Of a stretch of DNA of 34,385 bases, positions 22,246 to 34,328 are shown in pieces. The stretch comes from Octopus bimaculoides (lineage: Eukaryota), in the NCBI RefSeq assembly GCF_001194135.2, contig NC_069000.1, forward strand, positions 44,866-79,250, read 5' to 3'. Numbering within the stretch: position 1 is the first letter of the stretch; each line of letters opens with the position of its first letter. Made by a program: the position numbers and the translations under genes. Under the pieces are notes generated by a model. That model saw nothing but the letters and a program-made list of their open reading frames with translations. It had not been told where the DNA came from and searched no databases.

Positions 22246-24414
22246 CTAAGGTAAACTGCAAAGAAAATTTAAAATATTCACAATATCATCTCTGTGTCCA
22301 CTTTGGCATTTCAATTGAGGAAAACTTTCTAAATGTTTTGGAATTTCTATATCTTCGTGGTTATTGATAATAAAAAGTTGACCAATTTTAGGTTGTCGAT
22401 CTTCCATGATTTGTTTGGCATATTCAGTGTGGGTTAAAAACTCTGGTGATATAGTCTTTGAATGTTCTAAAAAAATTCCAATATTGCAACTGTTTTCTAA
22501 TATGGTACAAAGGTTTACAGTTTTATATTTTCCCAATATATAGTCACGATTACCAAATGTAACTTTTAACCCAAAGTATTTGTCTAGATTCATTCCAATG
22601 TTTTCAGCCAGTTCTTCAAAGTTTGGGGATGTTAAAATATAGATATCATAAAGAAATTTAGTTACAATGTCATTCTTTGAACATGCTGACACCGTTTTAG
22701 CATTGGTTTCAGAGCCAAATCCAAAACAAAGATCATAATATTTTCTGAAGAACTCTTTGCTACAGTCAGGCTCTGTTTCTGTGAAATGCTTTCCTAAATT
22801 TACATAAATTTGTTTAATAAGCTTTATATCAACTTCATGGGGCTTAACTTCTGAAAACCTAAGACAAAGAAAAGCTTTAAAATATTGCTTATTTCTACAG
22901 AGTTTTCGTAACTTTTGTGATAATTCACTTTTATCACAATCCATGAGAAGTTTATTATAAAGTTCTTCATCATCAGGGAGTTCCTCTACTGACTCAATTA
23001 ATTCCAACAGTAATTCATTATATTCAGTATGCCCATACTTATACACATCAGTCATTATATCCTTTATTCCCCAAATGTCTTTCAGCTTCTTCTGGAAAGG
23101 AAGAAATTCTATAGCAGATTTAATAGCAAGGAAGAACCTATCTGTTCCATCATCACTGAATCCTCTTTTTAACTCTTCATCATTTTCTTCTTTTGCTAGT
23201 ATGAAATATAACTTTCCATACAAAATATTAAAACTAACGTCTTGCATTTTAATATTTGTTTTGAATATTTCGCAATACTCCTGGGCCTTTTTGTATTCTT
23301 TCAAAGTCATATATAATAAAATCAAATCATAGAGAGCAGCTCCGTTTTCTGGAGAAAGTTCAAGAGCTTTTTTAAAGTGATATTCAATTTTGTCAATGAA
23401 TTCATTCCTTTCCATATGAGGAATAGTTTTAGGATATTTAACAAGTTTTCCAACTGTATTTTCTTTCTGAGAAAACTCCTTCCTTACAGTGAAATATGTG
23501 AATCCTGGACTATGTATTTTTTGATAAGTTAATCCAAGATGATGATGAGAAAATGCTGTTGCATTTATTTCAATTGCTTTTTCAAACAATTCCTTTGCTT
23601 TATCAAACTTATATAAAGTCTTATAAACTGTAGCACACTTTTCCAAAACAAAACGGTCATCAGGGGAATGATGAAGAGCTCGTTGAACATATTTTTCACT
23701 GAATTCCTGATCCTTAATAGTTTCCCCTGAAGGTCTCACTTTAAACAAAGCTAATAATGCTAACGTTTTCCCCATTAGGTTCTTGTCAATATGGTGAGGA
23801 AAAGCACATCGTATTTCCTCTAAGTACTGTACTGCTTCTTTAATAATTTCTTCTTTTTTTTCTTCATCATAGATCTTTCTTAAACAACGATACTGTAACA
23901 AAGCTATACCAAATAGACATAAATACTTGACTAGACAATCATTGGAAGCCTCTTTGTAAAGTTCGATAGCCCTCTCATAATCATTGAATGATATTCTACT
24001 TAAACAATAAGCAACATTTATTTTACCTTCTGCTTCTATCTTTTGGAAATCTTCTCTTTTTTCAAGATTGTTAAGATGAACCATAATGTCTTTTAACTTA
24101 TTTATATTTTCATTATACAGATGAATGAATGCAAGATTGGTTAATGCCACGAGGTTGTCTGGATTTTTTTCTCGGACTTCATTGGCTAATCTTTCAGCTT
24201 CAATTTGTTTATTTAGCTCCCACAGAATGAACACCAAGGCATTCTTGTGGCAAATCTCTTCTTCTAAACCAGATATAGTATCATTACTTAATGAATTTTC
24301 CAGTTTTTTGTAAAGAGACAACCAACAATCTTTGCTGTAATCAAAACTTTCTTCCATTAAATTCGGAAATCTCTGAATTTTTTCTCTGTACAATTTTTTC
24401 ATGTTTTCATCATC
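22246..24414 (-). CDS. IFIT/TTC22-like TPR protein with C-terminal TIR-like domain, main coding exon
   Basis: Intact 2169-nt reading frame after acceptor ttttgttttttctttcag|GAT (24414). TPR helices: EAERLANEVREKNPDNLVALTNLAFIH, FDKAKELFEKAIEI, FSHHHLGLTYQK, HFKKALELSPENGAALYDL. The last 134 aa (from 22650) read YDIYIL...GLKVTFGNRDYILG...ILENSCNIGIFL, resembling TIR box 1, box 2/BB-loop and beta-C. Confidence 0.88.
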   Translation of the reverse strand, partial: DDENMKKLYREKIQRFPNLMEESFDYSKDCWLSLYKKLENSLSNDTISGLEEEICHKNALVFILWELNKQIEAERLANEVREKNPDNLVALTNLAFIHLYNENINKLKDIMVHLNNLEKREDFQKIEAEGKINVAYCLSRISFNDYERAIELYKEASNDCLVKYLCLFGIALLQYRCLRKIYDEEKKEEIIKEAVQYLEEIRCAFPHHIDKNLMGKTLALLALFKVRPSGETIKDQEFSEKYVQRALHHSPDDRFVLEKCATVYKTLYKFDKAKELFEKAIEINATAFSHHHLGLTYQKIHSPGFTYFTVRKEFSQKENTVGKLVKYPKTIPHMERNEFIDKIEYHFKKALELSPENGAALYDLILLYMTLKEYKKAQEYCEIFKTNIKMQDVSFNILYGKLYFILAKEENDEELKRGFSDDGTDRFFLAIKSAIEFLPFQKKLKDIWGIKDIMTDVYKYGHTEYNELLLELIESVEELPDDEELYNKLLMDCDKSELSQKLRKLCRNKQYFKAFLCLRFSEVKPHEVDIKLIKQIYVNLGKHFTETEPDCSKEFFRKYYDLCFGFGSETNAKTVSACSKNDIVTKFLYDIYILTSPNFEELAENIGMNLDKYFGLKVTFGNRDYILGKYKTVNLCTILENSCNIGIFLEHSKTISPEFLTHTEYAKQIMEDRQPKIGQLFIINNHEDIEIPKHLESFPQLKCQSGHRDDIVNILNFLCSLP

Positions 24415-25320
24415 CTGAAAGAAAAACAAAATAGTGAATATGTATAAAATGTGTATTAAATATGACATCACCATTATCGTTGACAAGTTTTCAGGTTACT
24501 GAGACAAGGCTAAACCCTCCAAGTTAGGTAAGGCTGATGCAGTTGAAGTTCATTTGGGATTCTAGAGTTTGATGCCTTTCAAAAAAAAAAAAAACCTCCC
24601 CAGAAATGGAATTCCAAATGATAGCAGTTTTGAGGAAGCAGGATTGGTTTGATACTCACTAATGTCTGTGTGTGCATGCATGTCTGATGATTGCTACATG
24701 GCTCTGTATGTATGTAGGTCATCAGGGGCCATTGAGTAGTGGAGTCTTGTAGACGGTCAGCAACTGTTACCATCATTTTTCATCAAACTGAAACAACCCT
24801 AGAAATACTTTCAATGTGATCACAGAAAACCATCTGTCATGTTTAAGAGACATGTTTCTTTTTTTTCTTCCCAAAATGTTATTGCTCCTCTCCCTTCTCC
24901 TCCTGTCATTCCTCATTACACTCTCATTTTCATTTTTCATATAATTCAAGGCTCTCTCTATCACTCTCTTTACTACTACTACTACTACTACCACCACTGA
25001 AACTTCTATTCTTCCATGCTTGTTATTTTCATACTATCTCTACCTATGCCCACCTGACTTACACATCTCTCCTCCTCCTCCTCACTTCATCATACTCTCT
25101 CTCTATAAGTAGGTCCTACACTGACTATGCCCAGCCCCCCCNNNNNNNNNNNNNNNNNNNNNNNNNNNNNNNNNNNNNNNNNNNNNNNNNNNNNNNNNNN
25201 NNNNNNNNNNNNNNNNNNNNNNNNNNNNNNNNNNNNNNNNNNNNNNNNNNNNNNNNNNNNNNNNNNNNNNNNNNNNNNNNNNNNNNNNCCCTCCCTCCCT
25301 AGAACATCAATCCTCTAGAC

Positions 25321-25673
25321 CAGGAGTTCTCTACCATTTTTTTTATCTATGGACCCCTTTCATTACTATTTTATTCTGGTGGAGCCCCCCCCCCCTAGCC
25401 ATTCGATGTTTAAAATTATAGAAATTTCTTTCAAAATTCCTATTTTGGTTTTCACATTAATTTGTGTAAGTGGAATAATGTAAAATGTTAGAGAAAGACC
25501 CTTATCGATTTCTTACAATACATATCCCAATGTACACATCTCAAATCAAAATTTTTGTCAGGGGTCCTTAAAATATTATTGTGAATTCCAATTTTACTAT
25601 TTTATTCTGGTGGACCCCCAAAATTCTTATATGGACTCTCAGGGGCCACATGGACCCCAGTTGAGAACCACTA
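25321..25673. mobile_element. hAT/Charlie-like MITE
   Basis: Imperfect TIRs caggagttctctac / gttgagaaccacta; flanking 8-mers ctctagac and ttctaaac fit an NTCTAGAN-type TSD; internal 21-nt direct repeat ttactattttattctggtgga at 25363 and 25594. Confidence 0.6.
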
Positions 25674-25946
25674 TTCTAAACCATCAAACAAAATCTTTAC
25701 TTAGAAAGCATAGCCCCAGTCAAAGAGTCTGCCAAAGCAATGAATTAAACATAATATGAAGGGTTCTCACTGCAATTATTTTATGATCCTTCAGATTAAT
25801 CCTCAATGTTTTAGTTCATTTGAATGTCCACCAGGAAATGTCTGACCAAAGACATTGTATAGAAATGTAATGGGAAAACTAATCTACGCACTTTCACTTA
25901 TGTCGATACCATTTCTTCCAATTTTAAATTGTAATCATCTTCATCA

Positions 25947-26275
25947 TCATTTAACGTCTGCTTTCCATACTGGCATGGGTTGGACGGTTTGACTGGGAAC
26001 TGGTGACCCAGATGGTTGCACCAGGCTCCAATCTGATCTGGCAGAGTTTCTACAGCTGGATGCCCTTCCTAACGCCAACCACTCCAAGAGTGTAGTGGGT
26101 GCTTTTATGTGCCACCAGCACACGGGCTGGTCAGGCAGTACTAGTAACGGCCATGCTCAAAATGGTGTTTTTACGTATCACCTGCACAGGAGCCAGTCCA
26201 GCGGCACTGGCAATGTCCTCGCTTGAGTGTTGTTTTTCACATACCATCGACACAAGTGCCAGTAAGGCGACGTCT
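25947..26275. mobile_element. SINE or RTE-tail-like interspersed repeat
   Basis: Contains ggatgcccttcctaacgccaacc, a motif I recognise from RTE-associated SINE tails. Confidence 0.5.
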
Positions 26276-26750
26276 GAGAGTTAAATGCTAAACCTTTTGT
26301 GAGTGATAGACATGACTGCAATCTTTACTTTTTGGAATTGTGGGAAATCTTAAAATCATTTAAATTAAAATCTAGTCACTAAGAGATTGGCCAGTGACGT
26401 GACAAACCGTCTTTCTGGGACTCTGATGGATGACCAGTGGTTAAGAAAACATTGCTTGAACAAAGTACTTGCAGAACCAATATATTAACACACATGGGGT
26501 GTGGTACTATTCACACCCTTGGTAATATATGGCATGGGTCTGTTCATCACATCAATGTCGAAGATAAATATTTGGTCATCTTATGAGGTGGCAGAACTGG
26601 GAAAGGTGGATACCTCTTCCAAGTCGCTGGTCCTGAATAGGTCATTATTTCTAGGTGCTGCGTTTTTACTGGTGGTAACAGACATTGTGGGCCTTGAGTT
26701 CTAAGCGTTTTCTCATGTCTGCGACATAGATATTTTAAATTTTGTATTTA

Positions 26751-27054
26751 TATAGAGACTGACAAGCTGTCCCCAAGGCTTTGCTTTGTGGATGCAAAAC
26801 CTTGGGTAACTCTATGTCCAAGATATAAAATTTTTACTATAACAATTACTGCTCTATTCTTTAGAGTGTGCTTCTTTCTGATGTATATTTTTTTATTAAC
26901 AATATAATTAATAAAACATATATCAGAAAAGAAGCACATTCTAAAGAATGGAGCAGTAATTATGACAAAAAAAATTTTAATTTTAGACATAGAGTTACCA
27001 AAGGCTTCGTATCCACAAAGCCAAAGCCTTGTGGACAGCTCGTCAGACTGTATA
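26751..27054. mobile_element. Near-fully palindromic foldback MITE with TA ends (Tc1/mariner-like)
   Basis: Two arms of about 150 nt are imperfect reverse complements (tatagagactgacaagctgtccccaaggcttt / aaagccttgtggacagctcgtcagactgtata) with almost no spacer. Confidence 0.88.
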
Positions 27055-28076
27055 GAAAGACAAAAAATTTTAATAACTTTCTACGTCGCTGACGTGAGGA
27101 AACGTTCAGAAATCGAGATTTAAGTCTTAACATATAAAAACGATAATGAGGAAGGGTTGTCTCCCCTGAACGAGAGGATTAAAGACATCCTTAAAGACCC
27201 GAAAAAGCCTGACCAGCAAACGGAGAGATCGAATTTTTCCGGTAGGTAGCGCTTCAAGTGGACACGTTTAGAGAAAACTTGTTATAAATAAATAAATTAA
27301 TAAATGTGGATGGAGGGATTGTCTTCACTTCCTTGTTGCTCTTGTCAGTTTCATATATTTTCGTGTTGGGAATTCTCATGAGAATTTTATTATCCGATAA
27401 TAAACTTTCGGGCGCTTCATTCATTTTTGTTCTTTTCTTGGTTAGGTGCAGTTCTCTCCTTCTTGGGAAGTTTCTGTCTACTAATTACTTCGACAATCTC
27501 AACAGATCAAAGGTTTCGTGCGTTCGAATGTGCAAAGGATGTGGATTGGTTATTTTGACATTTCAAACTTTTCTATGGCACTAATCCTGTTTGTTAGAAA
27601 CACGGGATTATCTCTACGTTTGCTGTTTAACGTTGACGAAGCACGTACTTACATGTCTAAACATGCAAGTATATGCATGAAGATGCATACATGTGTCAAA
27701 TCGGCATTCTTTCCATGTATATATTCTATCTGTCATTCCTTCCCAGCTGTTTTGATGGCGTGTTCGGTAAAATCTGTAAAAAGACTTTATGTATTTATTT
27801 CTTGGTTCGATATACCACGCAACACTTTGATATTGAAGACCGATTTTCATTTTCTTAACAGCTACCGTCACCGACACATTCACACACATACAGTCAAACA
27901 CACACGCACACACAGATATATACATAAATCTAGGCTTATGTGTTTTTTTTAGTATTGTTATATTTAAAGAAATCTTGAAATAAACTGAATGTTATACATG
28001 CACACGTGCATGCGTACACACAAAATAACACATAGTTAATATTTGTTCATGTTAGTAAATATGTTGATATACTTAC

Positions 28077-28118
28077 AAGTACAATTCCATCCAATTTTTC
28101 AATTATTTCTTCAGTCAT
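28077..28118 (-). CDS. Probable first coding exon of the TPR-TIR gene (MTEEIIEKLDGIVL)
   Basis: aaaATG, 14 codons, perfect GTAAGT donor in phase 0 matching the phase-0 acceptor at 24414; an upstream ttttaag acceptor suggests the exon starts at 28144. Confidence 0.55.
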
Positions 28119-28759
28119 TTTCTGTCTCTCCTTTTTTTTTTATCCTTAAAAGCAAATTTATAAAACTAAACAAAATAGTTTCGTTTCCTTCTTGTCAACT
28201 TTTTTCTGCTATATTTTGTCAAAAAGAAAATGTAAAATTCTATAAATGATATATTATATATAATAAAGTTCAATACAGTTGAATGTGTCCGAACAACGAG
28301 AGTGCAAATATATTGTAACAACTCTAACAACACAGTGAGTGTCTCTTTCCTGAAACGATACCCGATTGGAATATTGGATACTGTGAATGGATTCGAAAAA
28401 TATAGTCGAGATAAGTGAGACAACTGAAGAAGTAGTAAAAACTGTTTGATGAAACTTAGAGAATGGCAGAAGCAAACTATATTAAAGTGTCAAAGTGAAA
28501 GTTTTATAGGGAAAAAAGAAAACAAAAACACTTCCGCAATCCGGAAACTGGATATGAAATGAGTAAGAGTCACTAAAATAAAATTCAAGATTCTAAATAA
28601 AACAGAAATTCTTACAACAAGCATTAAATATATTAAAACAAATTTATTTCTTTGGTTTTACTTAAATTTTAAATAAACACCATTTGACCAACACTAAATT
28701 TGTAGTTTTCTTATAACACACACACACACACATGTATGTATATTGTTTTCTTTGAGTTT

Positions 28760-29720
28760 AATTCAAGTTCTTGAGAAAGTGCCGGTATTCACATAAAAAC
28801 CTCAGATAGAGAACTTGGGGAATGTCTTTCAAATCTTTACTGTGGCACAAATAGATTGAATCTGGAAAATCCACGTTGGTACACAACTTAATGTACCTAT
28901 AATGATAGGTACAAATGAGAATTCATAGTCAGGGTATAAGAACTGTAAATTGCATATTAATTCGCCATAAATGTTCTCTTTTCTCTGGACGTTTGATTGT
29001 ACGTTCACATCTGCTGGGCAGCTGACCTCTACAACAGGGCAGGACTTTTGTTCTCTGTCCCACCGAACATTATCAGATCTGTTATGTTTGCACCAAACTG
29101 ATATTTTTATTGGGATGTTCCACTAATATTATTTGGTTTTAAAGGTGTGAATACCTGCTGGTTCTGACCTGGCTTTGATGTAAACATCAGGACAGTCCTT
29201 CCTGCGGATAGCATTGTAAATAGTCTTTGCAGCAATATCATGCCTCAGGAGCAAATAGTATCTCGTAGACATCTTAGGATAGCTGCTGATGATGTGGGTG
29301 ATATCTTCCACATTCGTATAGCAGAGCCTACATTTTTTTTATCACAATGTAAAGGTTTGTTGTTTATCCCTCTTGTTTATCAGGTATTTAATAGTTATCT
29401 CCTGTTCCTGTATAGCGAAGGCCTAACCTTCTAGGTGGGATGCAATGTATCTACCATAGGCCCAGGAGAGGCTATTCTTCCTGCTTACAGCATATGTACC
29501 CATGCATTGCTTTTTGTTGGTATGATGCCTGCTTCTCCTTCAATCTTCTGTTTACGTAGGCCAGTCCAACCTCCTTTGGGTTACATGCAACAGTTGTATT
29601 CTCAGTGTACCTGCACAGTAGTTCTTCTCCAACTCTGAAGATGTTGCTCTTATTTTTGAGTATGCATGGAATGTATACATTTCATTCTTTACGGTTCAGC
29701 AGATGTTGTCTGAGTGATAC
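28760..29720 (-). mobile_element. R4/Dong-like non-LTR 3' fragment (zinc-knuckle remnant plus REL endonuclease)
   Basis: EDITHIISSYPKMSTRYYLLLRHDIAAKTIY, KHNRSDNVRWDREQKSCPVVEVSCPADVN (PD-ExK type) and FVPIIIGTL. Confidence 0.8.
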
Positions 29721-30469
29721 AATGCGATGGTTAACGGCTTGTAAAAATTTACACTTCCTTCTCCAAGCCTAGATTCGAAACCGAATCTAAGAATGAGCGG
29801 TCGCCCAAACACGACAATCAACAGGCGCGAAAAACAGGTTTTCTTTGTCCTGTCAAAAAGTGATCGATCATCTCCCTTTGACCTTCGACCTTAGAATGTC
29901 AGGCGAAGTTCAACTGGTCAGCATCTGACCTATTTAGGTACAAACTCTGCTGCAGTATGTATGTCCTTCTAGCTGCCACGATTCTTATAAATAGAGTGGT
30001 CAGCAAGACGTCAGGACACACAGGGACAGACAGACAGGGAGACTGCTACTATGAGACCTCTGCTAATGTGTGACAGAGATTTTTCTCCGGCCAAGCAAGA
30101 TGAGAGAACGAACATACACATTACAATGGTTAAGACTCCCTTGGTTTTACTAATGAATCATGTATATCATTGTCTAATATATTTTGCATGTTCGTATTTG
30201 TAATAAAAGAAACTAACTTTAGCATAACATTAGGACTTTATTCCTTTGTAAAGTGGTACAATGGCTCAAAGTAAGAAACATTACACGTTCTGTCAGTTGT
30301 TGTTCATCCATCATTTTGATAATACAGGTCGGTTCATCATCAGTTGCATGGGTTCCATTATATATATTTATTTTTCTCTGAAAAAGGCAGGATCTGCATA
30401 ACTTGCCTTGATGAAAAACTCTCACCCCTCTGACTTGTAAATAATTTGTCGCACCAACTTATGGAGGCT

Positions 30470-32560
30470 CCAGAAGGATATACTTTCTCAACATCAAAGC
30501 TTCAATGTTGAGTTTGGTGGTTCTCAGCCACCTTTATCGATATGTGAATTGTCAACATTATTGGTTATTCCACCTGAATTATTTAATAATTTATCTGCAG
30601 ATTGTAAACCAATTGCTATTAAATCTTGTTGTTAGAGTAAGCCAGATCGAGATTCTATCAACACCTCTTGGCTGAAGGCATTATCGAGCCAGGTACATCT
30701 CCTTGGCATGTCCAAGTTATTGTTACTGCCAAAGAACGCCAAAAAAATGAGGATGGTTGTGGATTATTCTCAGATGGTACATCGTTTTACTCAACTTGAT
30801 GTATACCCACTGTCTTGGATTTCTGATCAGATCAATGACATGACATGCAAATTATAGTGTGTACAGAACCATTGATCTCAAAGACGCAACTACTAAGTCC
30901 TCCCCGTGATGGAGATAAAAAAGTTCACTGCTTTTGAAGCTAATGCTAGACTGGCAATTTGTGAGAATGCCACAAGGAATAACTAATGGTGTTGCTTGTT
31001 TTCAACAATCTGTATATAAATTTATATCTGAAAATAGTTTAATAGCGACATTTGCATATTTAGATAATATCACTGTCTGTGGCACTGACCAGAGTGATCA
31101 TGATGTTAATCTCGCTGTATTCATGGAAGCTGCTAAGCAAAATAATCTTAAATTTAACAAAACAAATTTGTATTCTCCATTCATAGAATCCAGCTTTTGA
31201 GTTGTGAGGTATCTCATAGAGATCAAACCAGATCCAGAACACCTTCAACCTTTGAGAGATTTGCCTGCTCCTCACAATTTAAAACTTCAAAAAACAGTGG
31301 TCAGTTTGTTTGCATGCTATTCCAAATGGATACACAATTTTTCAATCAAACTTAAACCTCTAAGCAGTAATAATACATTTCCTCTCTCTCTGGAGCTGCA
31401 CTTGAACCATAAGACATTGAAGACTCAGTAATTGTGGCTGTAGATGAAAATTTACCCTTTGTTGTTGAGACAGATGCCTCTAATTGTGCAACAGCAGCAA
31501 CGTTAAATCAAGGAGGAAGACTTTTTTTCTCACACGTCTTACAGAAGTCTTAGTTAAAACATCCTTCAGCTGAGAAAGAAGCTTCCTCAATTATAGAATC
31601 TATACACCACTGGAAACACTACTTAAACTGGAAACGATTCGCTTTATTACAAATCAAAAGTCAGTAAGTTTTATTATGCTTGATGGTAAACATATCAGAA
31701 AAACAAAAAAATGACAAAATTTATAAAGATGGTAGCTGGAGCTTTCAGGCTATAACTTTGACATTCAGTATCGCCCAGCGAGCTGGCAGAACCATTAGCA
31801 TGCCGGGCAAATGCTTAGTGGTATTTTGTCTGTCTTTACGTTTTGAGTTCAAATTCCTCCAAGATCAACTTTGCCTTTCATCCTTTCAGGTCGATAAATT
31901 AAGTACCAGTTGCATACTGGAGTCGATCTAATCGACTGCCCCCACCCCCAACTCCCCAAATTTTGGGCCTTGTGCCTAGAATAGAAAAGTATTGCCCAGG
32001 TAATGAGAACATACCAGCTAATTCCTTGACTCGACTGTTTTGCTCTGCTGTCAGTTCTAAGCAACTTGCTGAGTTCCCTTTGCTACCTGGGTGTAACATG
32101 AATGTATCACGATGTAAAAACTAAAAAACATTCCAGTATCACTGAATGAAATCAAAGCAATGACTTCCTCTTCTAAAACCTGTGCTGAATGTAAACCCCA
32201 TTTTTTAAAGCCTTCTAAGATGAGTCTAGTGAAAGCAACCCCAACCATCTGAGAAAATTCACTTAGATTTTAAAGGTCCACTTCCATCTGCTACTCGTAG
32301 TTAAGATATTTGAACAGTAGTTGATGAATATTCTAGATTTCCTTTCACTATTCCATGTGGAGACACTTCTACTGCAACAGTCATCAAGAGTCTTTGCTTA
32401 ATATTCTCAGTTTTCAGTATGCCTAGCTATGTGCATTCGGTTAGAGGCTACTGCTTCATGTTGGAGGAATTGAAAGGATGGCTTCATAGTAAAACATGCA
32501 TCTATAACCCAAGAGGGAATGGACATAAAGGAAAGTTGTCCTGCTGATGTGAATATCTCT
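30470..32560 (+). mobile_element. Decayed Ty3/gypsy pol (RT, RNase H, integrase), interrupted by a SINE at about 31800-31990
   Basis: RMVVDYSQ, RMPQGITNGVACFQ, FAYLDNITVCG, FVVETDASNCATAATLNQGGR, EKEASSII, HLDFKGPLPS, VVDEYSRFPF, YNPRGNG, in gypsy order RT-RH-IN; no paired LTRs found. Confidence 0.88.
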
Positions 32561-34328
32561 ATGAAAATCAAAGAGAAAGAAGATAACTATGGATGACTGC
32601 CTCAAAACCTCCAGCTTCTATATCAAGAATACAAATCTACATTTCTTATCGATAATAGTTGGTTTTGTAAGTAAATACCTTATTGTCAGTCTGGAAAAGC
32701 TTGGATTTTCAGTTCAACAAATCAACCAACCGATTTGCACATTACAAATACAATCTGTGGCATAACTACAGATGTGTACGCCCACCCCCACCCCACCTTG
32801 ACTTTATTGCTTCATAATTACCAAAAGAATGGACACTTATTAACAGAATTATCAACAAATACCACTTACATGCTGTAGATTCAGAGTTTATAGGAATTTA
32901 TAGGAAAGAATTTTTTTCCCTCACTAGTGTATCTTTTAATGAGTTTATACAAATACCTTTCAAATAGAAATTTATGGGGAAAATTTTTTTCCAAGGTGGT
33001 GGGGAGATGAGTTTTGGATCAAGAAGACCACTTAAGTTGGAATTTTGTTTTGACAGGGATATTTCCAGTTTTTTTTTCACAACCTTCAAAATGAAAAAAG
33101 TGTCAAAAATTTATGATCTTTTTTGACACCTCTCTCCTCACCATCCTACTCCGGACCGATTTTGGCCAATTTTTTTGGCACTTAAAAACGAGAGAAGCAG
33201 AGGAGATTTGTTTGTTATTTCTAGCACCTCCCAAGACCACCCTCCATTTTCAACCTTCACATGTATTGATGCTTTGTCAATATTTTGACAAAACATCAAA
33301 ACATGTGATGGTTGAAAACAAGTGCAGGGAGGTTTTTTTTTGTCTCTAAACTGGCCAAATGGTGTAGGGAAAAGTCAATTACATAAATCCCAGTACTTGA
33401 GTGGTACTTTCTTTTATCATCCCCAAAGGGATGAAAGACAAAGTTGACTATGGTAGGATTTGAACTAAGAATGTAAAGAACTGAAAGAAAAACTGTTAAG
33501 CATTTGGTCCAACAAGCTAACAATTTTGCCAGCTTGAAGGAACCACCAAAATATGAAATAAAAATAAATTTATAACAGAAACTGAAATTGGTCCTTCATG
33601 TTGCAATACTAAACCCAATGAATAAAAATAATAAACAAAGAAAAATTGACATATGGCAGTGATTTTGAGCTAAGTTTTTAATTCAAGGCATAACATTTAT
33701 AGAAAAAAAACAAAACAAAAGAAATGGAAGGAGAAAAGTGAAATAATATCACAGTATAAAGAAAAAGTAACAACACATGTAAACATGGCATTTGAACAAC
33801 ATGGAGCAAAACTGAGCTTTAACAGAAGAGTATATTATGTAGAAAAGTAAAGTTTCACAATATAAATTTAGTTGAATTGTTAGTTGAGTGAGGCTATTAA
33901 TTATCAGCTGGATACGCAGCCCCAGCATCCCTCGACATTTACATTGCCACAGTTTCACATTTGAAATGCATTAAGTGTTAAAAAAAAAATAAAATAAAAT
34001 AAAGCAAATAATTTTGAATATGGTTGGTTTTCAACCAGTGACCAGGGGCAAAAAACAAGCACACAGGCTCGAGCACACATTTTATTTTTAAAATGAATCT
34101 CATTTACACTCCAATGTATGTTTCTCTTGTGTGTGTGTGTGTGTGTGTGTGTGCTTATGAGAGTGTATATATGAAAGCATACAGAAACAAATGTGTGACA
34201 TAAGAGGCCTATGAATATGGTACCAAATCATTGTGGCACTCCAGCATGGCCACAGCCGCCTGGCTGAAATACATAAAAGAAATACACACATACATACAGG
34301 CACTGCTCGAATGATTTCAGATCAGATC

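Noticed and set aside
24415-24486. N-terminal MSTIMVMSYLIHILYIFTILFFFQ of the 746-aa ORF as a signal or transmembrane segment
   Set aside because: It is most likely intron sequence (polypyrimidine tract plus CAG) read in frame.
27130-27250. Protein-like plus-strand stretch NDNEEGLSPLNERIKDILKDPKK ending near gtaggt
   Set aside because: No convincing acceptor, start or partner exon.
27368-27475. kB-like 10-mers GGGAATTCTC and GGGAAGTTTC in the TPR-TIR intron
   Set aside because: Each mismatches GGGRNNYYCC; expected by chance in this much sequence.
29975-30140. Possible gypsy 5' LTR ending ...TTACA followed by TGG
   Set aside because: No matching second LTR and no recognisable primer-binding site.
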